From IMG/VR virus record IMGVR_UViG_3300021399_000130, positions 1 through 64,000 of that record: a stretch of DNA of 64,000 bases. One strand, 5' to 3'. Positions 1 through 9,510 of this stretch are shown here, one piece after another (positions within the stretch are counted from its first letter, which is position 1; each line of letters starts with the position of its first letter). The translations under genes and the position numbers were made by a program. The stretch is from a virus. Lineage: Duplodnaviria; Caudoviricetes. The notes under the pieces were generated by a model. The model worked only from the letters and a program-made list of their open reading frames with translations. It searched no databases and was not told the origin of the DNA.

Positions 1-1
1 G

Positions 2-448
2 TTAAGGAAAAATAGATGGATACTTCGCTTCCCGGCAGACCTTGGAATACAGGAATGGACCCTTGAATCTGCAAAAAGACCACAAATCAATCAACCCGCC
101 ACTGAAATCCAGTTCATTAACACCTCTACTTATGTAGTTGGTCGTTATACTTGGGGTGAAATAAACGTGGTATTCCGTGACCCTATCGGACCTTCAACTT
201 CGCAGGCTATCATGGAATGGGTTCGCCTTACTTCTGAGTCAGTCACTGGGCGTCAGGGTTATGCTATTGGTTATAAGAGAGACCTTGAGCTTGAAATGCT
301 TGACCCTACCGGAGCCGTTGCGCAGAAATGGATTCTTAAAAACTGTTTCCTTACAGATGTAGATTTCGGAGACCTCTCATACGGTGATGATGGACTCGCA
401 ACGATTTCTGCAACTATCCGTCCGGACTATTGCATACTCGCTTACTAA
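2..448 (+). CDS. Tail tube protein (T4 gp19-like), 5' truncated by window edge
   Basis: Frame is open from base 2: LRKNRWILRF...SAKRP...YVVGRYTWGEINVVFRDPI...W.LKNCF.TDVDFGDLSY...ISATIRPD, a typical contractile-tail tube pattern. Confidence 0.85.
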   Translation, partial: LRKNRWILRFPADLGIQEWTLESAKRPQINQPATEIQFINTSTYVVGRYTWGEINVVFRDPIGPSTSQAIMEWVRLTSESVTGRQGYAIGYKRDLELEMLDPTGAVAQKWILKNCFLTDVDFGDLSYGDDGLATISATIRPDYCILAY

Positions 449-465
449 TCAACCTTTTATAAAAT

Positions 466-500
466 AAAAAGAGCACTCTCATCAGGGTGCTCTTAATTTT
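466..500. terminator. Bidirectional intrinsic terminator
   Basis: AAGAGCAC/GTGCTCTT stem flanked by A and T runs between convergent genes. Confidence 0.75.
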
Positions 501-1138
501 TAATCTATTATTGTCCAAACTTCTAGTAATTTATTAAAGTCGGCATATTTTATCACAGTATAACCGTTGTTCCCAAACTCAGTTCCCCAAGAATTACGGA
601 TAATAAAACCTTCGTCATTATATCCTACTATCGAAATAGCATGATAGCCATAAAAGCCATCGCCAGGCTGTTTATTCCAAAACTCAGGATTTCCATTATA
701 TACAGGAAGCGCACCAATACAAGGTCCATTCATTAGAAGTGCATTTTTTAAATCTATGAAGTTTCTAACCAAGGCATATTCAGAGATTTTTAGTCTTCCG
801 GAGCGAGAAGAAACACCATTATGGCGAAGATAATGTAAGGCTTCTTTAAAAGTCATTCCATCGCCTTGATTTGTCCTAGAATTATAAATTTCATAATAAT
901 CGATTTTGTTATCTTTTTTGCTTCCAGTGTTAAGGTTTTCTTTCCAATTAAGGTAAGCTGATATGGAACATGGGACACAAATAGATTCTGCACCCTGGTT
1001 TAAAACACCCGGAAGAAATCTTCTATAAGAATAAGTTCTTGGAAGTTGCTGGTTTGGCATTCCGCCCGTACCAAATATATGCTCTGAACCATCAATAACA
1101 GAAGGTTCAAAACCGAATTTTGTTTCTTCATTAAACAT
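500..1138 (-). CDS. Papain-like (C1 family) cysteine peptidase
   Basis: NQG..SICVPCS (Gln/Cys), HAISIVGY (His), IRNSWG (Asn) motifs. Confidence 0.85.
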   Translation of the reverse strand: MFNEETKFGFEPSVIDGSEHIFGTGGMPNQQLPRTYSYRRFLPGVLNQGAESICVPCSISAYLNWKENLNTGSKKDNKIDYYEIYNSRTNQGDGMTFKEALHYLRHNGVSSRSGRLKISEYALVRNFIDLKNALLMNGPCIGALPVYNGNPEFWNKQPGDGFYGYHAISIVGYNDEGFIIRNSWGTEFGNNGYTVIKYADFNKLLEVWTIID

Positions 1139-1140
1139 AA

Positions 1141-1515
1141 TTATTCAACAGTAACTTTTCTTTTTACAACGATAAACATCTCACCTCTCTGGGTTACAAT
1201 GTAAATCATCTCATTATATTCATTAAGTTCCTTTATAAACATATACCTGTCAATGTTCTGTTTTGTTTCATAGTCGGAATATGTTCTCTTAATCCATCCG
1301 TTAAAATTGGACGGCAATGCATCGGCGACACACATTGAATCAACCTGATAAGCATTATATTCATGCGTTACCTGTTTCATCATTTGTGGCGTATCAAATG
1401 TTATTTCCGTGTTTTCTTTATCTTTCCCTTGTCGAATCTTATTCAGAAGACCGCAAGATACAAAAGAAAACGAGATAAAAAAGAAAACAAGCAGTTTAAA
1501 AATTCTGTTTTTCAT
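1141..1515 (-). CDS. Predicted lipoprotein
   Basis: Basic N-terminus, hydrophobic stretch, lipobox FVS-C (Cys21). Confidence 0.7.
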   Translation of the reverse strand: MKNRIFKLLVFFFISFSFVSCGLLNKIRQGKDKENTEITFDTPQMMKQVTHEYNAYQVDSMCVADALPSNFNGWIKRTYSDYETKQNIDRYMFIKELNEYNEMIYIVTQRGEMFIVVKRKVTVE

Positions 1516-1532
1516 ACTCTATTCTATTTTAC

Positions 1533-1541
1533 TATAAATAG
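1533..1541 (-). promoter_or_regulatory. Putative late promoter CTATTTATA
   Basis: Recurrent motif upstream of structural-type genes (17 copies listed in findings). Confidence 0.7.
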
Positions 1542-1561
1542 TTTAAAACAAGCCGTTATAT

Positions 1562-1593
1562 AAAAAATAGGAGCCGTTTCGGGTTCCTATTTC
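1562..1593. terminator. Intrinsic terminator downstream of sheath
   Basis: ATAGGAGCC/GGTTCCTAT stem with A-run (U-tract on minus strand). Confidence 0.7.
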
Positions 1594-1613
1594 TGTTTAA
1601 ACATTTCTGCTTT

Positions 1614-4367
1614 TTAGAGTGATTCATCAAATTGTACGCTCTCCGGATATACAACGAAGCTAATGCTGATGTATTCCAATGCCGGAGTAGGCTTGATGAG
1701 AATCTTTGCAGGAAGGATGTGCTGGTCGCGTGTCTCCTCCGTTGATTCGGTAACAACACGGTAATCATAGATACCTCTGTTAGCCTTTACATCCTGTAGA
1801 ATCGGCTCAACAACTGAACGGAACTGTTTTTCAAGCGTTACGTCGTACTGTTCAAAAATGAGCTGTCTTGCAGCCTGTGAGACGAGCTTCTTAACACGAA
1901 TCATAAGTCTTGAAACATTGATTCGGTTACGAGGAGTCTCCTGGTGATAGAGGGTCTTGTTACCCCAAACCTTTACACCATCAACGGCAAAGGACTTGAT
2001 AGGGTTAATCATATTCTCATAAAGAGTATCCTCATCAAGAAGGGTTGTCTTGTAGTAAGCCCTTGCACATTCGACTTCACCACGGGTAAGACCTGCAGGT
2101 GAGAACCAAGGGAATGAGACGTTGTCTGTTGCTGCCATATCCCTTACTACGTCCTTTGTTGCAGGAAGGTCGATGTACCTCTTATTGTCGCCATCCCAGT
2201 ACTTAACCCAAGGATAGTATGTACAAGCGTAAGGACTATCGATTTCGCTTTCTTCAAGGAAACTAGCTACGTCATCAGGACTGTATGATATCATATCGTG
2301 GTCATACTGAGGTGCTGCCATAATATAGAGGGCGTCACCACCACGTCCGTCTTCACTATCTTCAATGATGTCAAGAGCATCTTCACTAAGAAGAGCCTGG
2401 TCATACCAGTTGATACCAGGTGTTGCGAAGAGATTGATATCAACATCCTCAGGGTTTGCAAACTGCATATAACCGGCAAGATATGCATAGTAGTCAGTTG
2501 TGATTGCAATGTTAGGGAGTTTAAGGCTTACCATAGGGTCAAGCTCAAGTGCCTCGTCACCGCCAATAGGACGGAAGATTTCGGTTTCAGCATAACCACT
2601 ACCAACTCTTTGCAGACTGTACTTATTACCGCGATAATTATCAGTGTTAGTTCTGTGGTCCCTATTAATATCCCAACCATCGAATCCACCATAAGGATAA
2701 ACAGTGAATTTACGAAGATTTATGTCCTTGTAAAGGCACTGGTCCATATAGTCGGTAGGAATGATACGAGGAATCCTAGGATACTTATTCATCTGTATTG
2801 GGTCGACAGAAGTGAAAGTGAAACCAGTTTCTCCATCAACCTGAGGAGTTGCCGCTGACTGTGTTGCAAAGATTGCGTCAAGATGAAAACCATTGGTAAT
2901 CCTCGAAGGGTCGGCGTCACCAATACCATCTGCATATGCCTTGACACCCTTGTAGTTAAGTATGTCATAGTCAAGCACATCATCATTAAGACCGAAATAC
3001 TGCCTCTTTGGTTTAATGGTATTGTCATAGACGGTATTGTAGTTCATTGTTAAACCGCAAGTAGTACCGTATTTAGGTACAGGATAACCAAGGAAACCAC
3101 AAGGCACACAATCATCGATACCTTCTTCATTACTGAATTCAAGGGCAATATACTTAGACTTGTTCGGATATGAACCGTCTATTGTACCAATTTTGAGACC
3201 GACGAAGTTTGATTCACCCTCAACCATTGAACAGTTAGAGAATTTTTCAAGGACCATCTGCGAGTTATCTGTATCGTAGAAATCACGGACAACAAGGTCA
3301 AAGAGACCTTCGACAGGACGAATTCTCTGGATTGAAATCTTCACCTGATAGTTGGCAGCATTACCATCGCTGATTGTATAAACCTTGAATAACTTCTTAA
3401 CATCAATAGTTTCAGTGCTTGCGGCCTTAACTTCAGAAACAATCCAAGGAGTTACAGCACAACGATATGTTGAAATGTAATCTTTATAATTTACATCACC
3501 ATCTGGATTTAATGTATAAGCCATTTTTACTGTTCCACTTGCCGTTGATGCACTTGCGGCTTTGTATGCTTTATCATAAAGAGCTTTATAAAGCGCCATA
3601 TCATAAACAGCCTCAATATATACTGGTGCTGAACCCATAAGAGGGTCCTCAGGGAATATCTTGTAAATGTAATCCGGGGCACTTGGGTCCATTGAAATAT
3701 TGTAAGTAACAGTTGAACCTGTATAACCGGTTTCAACAACACTTGGGTCGAAATATGAGACAGTTAAGGCAAATCTCCCCAAATCAACATTAATCGAATC
3801 ACCGGAATCATATGTTGCAACAGCTTCTGTATCTGCACTATAAGCAGAACTACTAATTGAGCAGTCTGCTCCATACGTATAACCAGTATAAGCCTTCAAA
3901 TCTATTTTAGTTACAATATCCTCCGGAGCCTCACTGCTCTCAACACATATACCAGACTGTGATGTGCTGCCAGAATATGTCTTTTTAGAACGAATAATTG
4001 CTACCGGAATCTGCTCGTCACCTTCACCTGCGGTTATAATCCAAGCCTTACCGGCCCAATAGCCAGAAAGTCCAAGAACACGCACAACTTCAAGCTGTTT
4101 TGATTCGGCAAGATATGCCTTTGCTACATATGGAAGTTCATATTTAGGGTAATTCGTCCCCTTGAACTTTATAGGGGAAGTTCCGCCGAAGTAGTCAGTG
4201 AAATCATCCCAGCTCGCAATAGAAATAGGCTGGAATGCGGGACCTTTAAGAGTCTCACCAGCTACGCCGAGGGTTGTGATACCCAAACTTTTAGTGGAAT
4301 AAGTTACGTCCCTTACCTCAGTATAAACACCGGGAGAAACATGACCACCTCTTGCATCGCTTATCAT
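1614..4367 (-). CDS. Tail sheath protein (gp18-like)
   Basis: N-terminal HVSPGVYTE, GETLKGPAFQP; C-terminal WFSPAGLTRG, INPI, WGNKTL, RINVSRL, IKPTPALEYI. Confidence 0.95.
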   Translation of the reverse strand: MISDARGGHVSPGVYTEVRDVTYSTKSLGITTLGVAGETLKGPAFQPISIASWDDFTDYFGGTSPIKFKGTNYPKYELPYVAKAYLAESKQLEVVRVLGLSGYWAGKAWIITAGEGDEQIPVAIIRSKKTYSGSTSQSGICVESSEAPEDIVTKIDLKAYTGYTYGADCSISSSAYSADTEAVATYDSGDSINVDLGRFALTVSYFDPSVVETGYTGSTVTYNISMDPSAPDYIYKIFPEDPLMGSAPVYIEAVYDMALYKALYDKAYKAASASTASGTVKMAYTLNPDGDVNYKDYISTYRCAVTPWIVSEVKAASTETIDVKKLFKVYTISDGNAANYQVKISIQRIRPVEGLFDLVVRDFYDTDNSQMVLEKFSNCSMVEGESNFVGLKIGTIDGSYPNKSKYIALEFSNEEGIDDCVPCGFLGYPVPKYGTTCGLTMNYNTVYDNTIKPKRQYFGLNDDVLDYDILNYKGVKAYADGIGDADPSRITNGFHLDAIFATQSAATPQVDGETGFTFTSVDPIQMNKYPRIPRIIPTDYMDQCLYKDINLRKFTVYPYGGFDGWDINRDHRTNTDNYRGNKYSLQRVGSGYAETEIFRPIGGDEALELDPMVSLKLPNIAITTDYYAYLAGYMQFANPEDVDINLFATPGINWYDQALLSEDALDIIEDSEDGRGGDALYIMAAPQYDHDMISYSPDDVASFLEESEIDSPYACTYYPWVKYWDGDNKRYIDLPATKDVVRDMAATDNVSFPWFSPAGLTRGEVECARAYYKTTLLDEDTLYENMINPIKSFAVDGVKVWGNKTLYHQETPRNRINVSRLMIRVKKLVSQAARQLIFEQYDVTLEKQFRSVVEPILQDVKANRGIYDYRVVTESTEETRDQHILPAKILIKPTPALEYISISFVVYPESVQFDESL

Positions 4368-4398
4368 CTTAAACTAATCTTTTAACTTATTATTTTTC

Positions 4399-4407
4399 TA
4401 TAAATAG
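4399..4407 (-). promoter_or_regulatory. Putative late promoter CTATTTATA (sheath)
   Basis: Motif 32 nt upstream of sheath start. Confidence 0.7.
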
Positions 4408-4442
4408 TGTTAAATACCCGAAAAACAAGCATTAACTTAATT

Positions 4443-5657
4443 TTATTCTTTAACTATTATTTCTTCCGTATATTGTTCGTCTGCCGGGTCGTAATCAGAA
4501 ACTATTTCATCCTTTGTAAAACCATTCAAGGTTATCTGTGCCGGCCTACTGTTCCTCTTTTTAATCACCTTGCATATTTTTATCTGGTCGCCATTATGGA
4601 ATTCAAAGTCTTCCGGAATATTTCCGTCAAAAGACTCACAAACTACATCCCCATTCACCTTGATTTTGAAGTATTTAGCATTCTGTGAAAAAGATTGTTC
4701 TCCTTTTACTGTAAAATCCATATCCATATTGAAGACAAGATTCATATCGCAAGGGTCTATTATTGCCTTTAACGAAACGTCCCTATAATAGTATGGTTTA
4801 TCATCTATGCAATCATTGGTTTCCGTCATAATTGTTTGTATTTCAGCTGGTTTTAAAACCCCACCTACTTCAATGTCTGCATAACTCCCTTCCCCTTCAA
4901 TATCAAATCCAATAAAGTCAAGTCTTGGAACTTCATGCACAATAAAACTATCTTCCGTTATGATATAAGCCCTGACCGTAATTGTATATGACTGAGAGTA
5001 ATATTGTCTATTATCAAGGCTGTATTCACTATCGTCACTGATATCATCAAGTTTCATAGATACATAGTGACCATTCGGTCTTATATAACAGTCTATTGCC
5101 TTGAACCGGTCATTCACCATTTCATTGAACTTATTGAGAAGTTCATATTTGTTTGTAAAGATGCTCACTTTATAAATCAAATCGACGGCATATGGCTGCT
5201 TCATACGATATTCTATGTAGTATTCCCGATTGTTTTTATCTGTTGCAACAAGCCTTTTCATTAACCAGGTATGCTCTCCTGGAATATTCTTGCTTTCCCC
5301 GTTGATTGTCCCGGATTTTGGGTTGTTTTCCCTGGATATCGCCTTAAAATTGAGAATTGGGTTTTTATTTTCATCGGTAAAGGTCCAGGATTGCATATAT
5401 TCACTGAACCTTTCATTTGAAAAAAGTGTCATGGTTGGCAAATTTTTACCTTCGTATGCTATTTCAAGACCGTTTTCCACCCATTTCTTAAATTCCTTGT
5501 CAATATCTTCATAGGTTAAAGTCTTTGGAAATGGGGTACCGTCCTTAAGCTCTTCGAGGTCAAGGTTTTTCCTTAATTCAATTGGGTCGGGCTGATTGTC
5601 GTTTCCTAAAAAATTTTTAAAGTTCCTGCTTCCCATTATTTTATCCGTTGAATTCAA
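4443..5657 (-). CDS. Tail completion / sheath terminator protein (gp15-like)
   Basis: Lies between neck gene and sheath; PYAVDLIYKVSIFT and QSYTITVRAY strand pattern. Confidence 0.55.
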   Translation of the reverse strand: MNSTDKIMGSRNFKNFLGNDNQPDPIELRKNLDLEELKDGTPFPKTLTYEDIDKEFKKWVENGLEIAYEGKNLPTMTLFSNERFSEYMQSWTFTDENKNPILNFKAISRENNPKSGTINGESKNIPGEHTWLMKRLVATDKNNREYYIEYRMKQPYAVDLIYKVSIFTNKYELLNKFNEMVNDRFKAIDCYIRPNGHYVSMKLDDISDDSEYSLDNRQYYSQSYTITVRAYIITEDSFIVHEVPRLDFIGFDIEGEGSYADIEVGGVLKPAEIQTIMTETNDCIDDKPYYYRDVSLKAIIDPCDMNLVFNMDMDFTVKGEQSFSQNAKYFKIKVNGDVVCESFDGNIPEDFEFHNGDQIKICKVIKKRNSRPAQITLNGFTKDEIVSDYDPADEQYTEEIIVKE

Positions 5658-6186
5658 TGTTATCTGCTGGGGCCGCCTCTATGGTGCGATAATAAGGTTC
5701 AACCCCGTATATGGTATTCTTGTTGGACGTCATACCAACCCTTCCGTCGTTCGTAACAGTGAAGAATTCCATCTTCTGCGGCGTAATCTGTACCCCAATG
5801 TAATCACCTCTCTTTATGTCTATATCTAATTCGTCAAAGGTTTTCAATAACACGCTAAAAATAAGCTTACCAGGCCTGGCGTACATACCCTTCATCTTGT
5901 TCTTTTCGTATGATTGAAGTTCCGCATCCTGGATTTCATAGACACATGGTACTTCAACCGGCGGGAGATAACGTATAGCGTCTTTATCGGCTTCCTTATA
6001 GATGTCATTGACCTTTGTTTTTGATAAATCGACCTGGTACAATATAACTGTCTGATTTGCATCCTGCTCCATATACTCCATAGCAAACTCCATCTCGAGA
6101 TTTATATCATCCCTACCAAAGAATTTATGATTCCGCTTAATCGGGGTTTTTCTCTTCAGTGTCGTATTATTAAACTGTAATTCCAT
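5641..6186 (-). CDS. Neck / head-closure protein (gp14-like)
   Basis: YQVD...DIYKE, YLPPVEV, IKRGDYIG...FFTV pattern; late motif at 6215-6224. Confidence 0.55.
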   Translation of the reverse strand: MELQFNNTTLKRKTPIKRNHKFFGRDDINLEMEFAMEYMEQDANQTVILYQVDLSKTKVNDIYKEADKDAIRYLPPVEVPCVYEIQDAELQSYEKNKMKGMYARPGKLIFSVLLKTFDELDIDIKRGDYIGVQITPQKMEFFTVTNDGRVGMTSNKNTIYGVEPYYRTIEAAPADNIEFNG

Positions 6187-6272
6187 CTCAAATAAAGCCT
6201 AATATTGTTATATAGATAAATATCTGTTTTCTTTAATAAAACATACAAAATGTATCCCTACTCAAAAAATAG

Positions 6273-6326
6273 ATTAATTAAAATATATAATATAATATTA
6301 TTAATATAATATATATAATATATTAA
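6273..6326. other. 54-nt pure A/T tract in divergent intergenic region
   Basis: No G or C between 6273 and 6326; contains palindrome ATAATATTAT. Confidence 0.8.
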
Positions 6327-6365
6327 GAATTATGATAGATAAGTAATAAATATGTTATTTAAAAC

Positions 6366-6394
6366 TTGTAAAATAGAGATTTTTTTAGTATTAT
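6366..6394 (+). promoter_or_regulatory. Sigma70-like promoter of SNF2 helicase
   Basis: TTGTAA-N17-TATTAT. Confidence 0.55.
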
Positions 6395-6417
6395 ACTAAA
6401 TGTAGATATATTATTTA

Positions 6418-8442
6418 ATGACTTATTCTAGCGCGAAGGCAAAAAACGAAGCAATTGAAATTTTAAAGGGTTATTCAGGTTCGAACCCGTATTATCTTAT
6501 GCTTAAAAGAGATGTTATCCTCAAAGGTGACGTCAAGCAACTTAATGCCTTCAATGTAGAATATATCATTGAAAATCAAACATTTACCCCAAAGAAGATT
6601 GAAAAGTTAATAAAGATAGCTGATTGGTATGGTTTAAAGAAACAACAAGATTGGGGTACGGATTTTATTCCGCAAAAACTGCGGGTTATCAGTCTTTTGG
6701 GCGAAACGAGCACAACTTATCACTGCTATGTTCAATATAGAAAGAGCATCGACCCTGTTATGGCTTTTCTTCCAAAAAAAGCGGTCTTAACTAACTTTAC
6801 TTTACCTGATTGGCACGATTATTCTGTTGATTTTGAACGTTATGATAAACTTTCAATGTCAAAGGACCCGAACAGACGTCTTAAACTCCACCAAAAAGAC
6901 GGAGTTAAATTTCTGCTTTCAAGGAAAAAATGCATTTTAGCCGACGATATGGGCTACGGAAAAACGTGTGAGCTTGCCGTTGCCGCTATTGAAGGCAATT
7001 TTGACGCCGTACTGATAATATGTCCGGCTTCAATTAAGACCAATTGGAAAAAAGAGCTTATGTGGTACGTTCCGGAAAGGGATGTTACCATAATCGAATC
7101 ATATCTTGACAAAAATAAGGGAGAACTGGAAAAATATCTCGGTTATAAGGAAGGAAAGTCCGGTTTAAGCGTCTCAGAGCTCCAGAATGAGGCCAAAGAA
7201 GCTGGAAAATGGGGTGAAAACCGTTTCGTTATAGTAAATTATGACATTGTCAATGAATTCTATCAAATACCAGCAACCAGAAGCAAGGAAAACATTGAGA
7301 TTGCCTTTAAAAACAGTCCAATGTTGCAATATATAGCCAATAAGAAGGCCCTGGTAATCGTTGATGAGGCACACAGACTGTCAAATACGACTTCTGACAG
7401 ATATAAAATCATAAGGGACCTCATCAAGAGAGGTAATCCGGACAGCGTATATCTTGCAACCGGTACTCCAATTACGAACAATCCTCAAAACTACTTCAAC
7501 TTATTGCAACTTATCGGTGACTCCGTTGCTGATGATAGGGAATATTATATGAAGCGTTACTGTGCGGCAATTGAAATCCCCCGTGACGGAAAGGAAAGGG
7601 CAAAACGTGACGCAATCAGCAAAAAATTCATTGCAAACAGAGGGAAGGCGAATTGGTATGAACTTACGGACGAAGAGAAGAGTGAATTGAACGAAATTGT
7701 CAAGAAGAGTGTAAGGATGATTACAATTCCAAACGGAGAAAGTAACCTAGAGGAATTAAAAGACCGCACGTCACACATTTACCTAAGGCGAGTTAAGGAA
7801 GACTTGTTAGATTTGCCGAACAAAACTGTACATGAGCTATTCTATGACCTTGATATGGGTCAAATAATGGAATATAACCGACTTTGGGAAGAATACGAGG
7901 CGGCACAACTGGAAGCAGACCCGACAAAAGAACTGAACAAAGAACTTTTGGAAGGTGCGATATATCGTAAGTATCTTTCCAACCAAATGGTACCAAATAC
8001 GATTAAGCTCACCGATTCGTTCATTGAAAAAGGGGAGAAGGTCGTAATCGCATGCTGTTATGATGAGGAATTATATACTTTGAAAGAGTATTATGGCGAC
8101 AAATGTGTCATATATAATGGAAAGATATCAGCAAAGGACAAGGATAAGAATATCGAGAAATTCACCAATGACCCAAACATTATGGTATTTATCGGTAATA
8201 TCCAGGCTGCCGGCGTTGGAATCACCCTTCTGGCGTCACATACATTGATTTTCAACAACATAAGTTTCGTTCCTGGGGATAACCTACAAATGCAAGACCG
8301 AATTTATCGTATCGGGCAGACAAAGGACGTGGATATCTACTACCAGATTTTCAAGGACACACAATATGAGAAAATGTGGAATATTGTTCTTCGTAAGTCA
8401 CTCGTTATAAACCAGATAGTAAAGAAGGAGGACGAAAAATGA
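6418..8442 (+). CDS. SNF2-family (SWI2/SNF2) helicase/translocase
   Basis: LADDMGYGKT (Walker A), VDEAH, ATGTPITNNP, GVGITL, QMQDRIYRIGQ. Confidence 0.92.
   Translation: MTYSSAKAKNEAIEILKGYSGSNPYYLMLKRDVILKGDVKQLNAFNVEYIIENQTFTPKKIEKLIKIADWYGLKKQQDWGTDFIPQKLRVISLLGETSTTYHCYVQYRKSIDPVMAFLPKKAVLTNFTLPDWHDYSVDFERYDKLSMSKDPNRRLKLHQKDGVKFLLSRKKCILADDMGYGKTCELAVAAIEGNFDAVLIICPASIKTNWKKELMWYVPERDVTIIESYLDKNKGELEKYLGYKEGKSGLSVSELQNEAKEAGKWGENRFVIVNYDIVNEFYQIPATRSKENIEIAFKNSPMLQYIANKKALVIVDEAHRLSNTTSDRYKIIRDLIKRGNPDSVYLATGTPITNNPQNYFNLLQLIGDSVADDREYYMKRYCAAIEIPRDGKERAKRDAISKKFIANRGKANWYELTDEEKSELNEIVKKSVRMITIPNGESNLEELKDRTSHIYLRRVKEDLLDLPNKTVHELFYDLDMGQIMEYNRLWEEYEAAQLEADPTKELNKELLEGAIYRKYLSNQMVPNTIKLTDSFIEKGEKVVIACCYDEELYTLKEYYGDKCVIYNGKISAKDKDKNIEKFTNDPNIMVFIGNIQAAGVGITLLASHTLIFNNISFVPGDNLQMQDRIYRIGQTKDVDIYYQIFKDTQYEKMWNIVLRKSLVINQIVKKEDEK
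8421..8442 (+). repeat. 22-bp direct repeat, copy 1
   Basis: AAAGAAGGAGGACGAAAAATGA, identical at 8708-8729. Confidence 0.95.
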
Positions 8443-8729
8443 CAGAGAAGATTATAATTTTCAACAAGAAATACAGTGTGAGGTCATTAAAAAGGATAAA
8501 GAATGGGTGGAAAGATAATGTTATTGAATTTTTAACAGAAGACCTTGACTATATATGTGATTGTTCGCTTGTGAAGTTTTTCGTTTGTTATAGATGGAGG
8601 TTCAAGAACAAAGATGACGGTAAAATTGTTGATGTGTATCTCGACTATTATCCAGATACGAAAGAATATGAATTCGTAGATGGGCAGGACAGCATTTACT
8701 ATATTAAAAAGAAGGAGGACGAAAAATGA
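8439..8729 (+). CDS. Hypothetical protein flanked by 22-bp direct repeats
   Basis: 96-aa ORF with ATGA overlaps at both ends. Confidence 0.65.
   Translation: MTEKIIIFNKKYSVRSLKRIKNGWKDNVIEFLTEDLDYICDCSLVKFFVCYRWRFKNKDDGKIVDVYLDYYPDTKEYEFVDGQDSIYYIKKKEDEK
8708..8729 (+). repeat. 22-bp direct repeat, copy 2
   Basis: Identical to 8421-8442. Confidence 0.95.
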
Positions 8730-9508
8730 GTATAGAAAGCAGTATAAACTTAATGGAAAGAATGGGAATGCTTCCTCCTGATAAAAAATTAAGAAGAAAT
8801 ATTTTTGAGCATCATGAAAATATTGATGAAATAATAGAAGAAGGCATATTCAGGTCTTACGGCGCAGAAAAAATACTTGAAGTCTTAAAACATCATTATA
8901 TTATACATCGTGATAATCAGCTGCCAAAAACGGATTCAGAAATTACTATAGAGTTTGGCGCATATAAAGATACTCCAATGACATATGGTACGGAAGAAGC
9001 CAGTGTTATAACAATCATTGTAAAAAGAGGAACGGAAGAAGAAAAACTGAAGCGTTTTTTTAACACCTGCGGATGGCCAGTAGCAGAAGAGTATAACTAT
9101 GAAACAGATAAAGCATTAGTAGTTATAACATTTGAAAAAAGAAGACAGGAAGATGAATTGCCTGTACCAAAATATTTGTACCATCTAACACCGGAAAACA
9201 AGGTTAATAAGATTTTAAAAAATGGATTAGTACCAAAAGCACAAAACAAATTGGGGGAACATCCAGATAGAATATATTTTTTCTTACAAAAAGATTTAAC
9301 ATTGAATTATAAATTTTATGCTGATGATTTTTGGGCGAGCGGACACAAAAATGAGACACGGGACGTCAAATACTCATTACTTAAGATAGATACTAAAAAA
9401 TGCCGGAATGATTTTAAAATATATGGTGACCCGAATATGATTAGAGGAGTATGGACTTTTAACAATGTGCCGCCAGAAGCAATAACAATAGAAGAAGAGG
9501 GAATTTAA
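8726..9508 (+). CDS. ADP-ribosyltransferase-fold protein (Tpt1/KptA/DUF952-like C-terminal domain)
   Basis: YLYHLT...ILKNGLVPK...RIYFF...LLKIDT...NVPPEAI. Confidence 0.65.
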   Translation: MSIESSINLMERMGMLPPDKKLRRNIFEHHENIDEIIEEGIFRSYGAEKILEVLKHHYIIHRDNQLPKTDSEITIEFGAYKDTPMTYGTEEASVITIIVKRGTEEEKLKRFFNTCGWPVAEEYNYETDKALVVITFEKRRQEDELPVPKYLYHLTPENKVNKILKNGLVPKAQNKLGEHPDRIYFFLQKDLTLNYKFYADDFWASGHKNETRDVKYSLLKIDTKKCRNDFKIYGDPNMIRGVWTFNNVPPEAITIEEEGI

Positions 9509-9510
9509 AT

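Noticed and set aside
6470-6495. GGTTCGAACCC T-loop-like sequence suggesting a tRNA
   Set aside because: Inside the SNF2 coding frame, with no acceptor or anticodon arms
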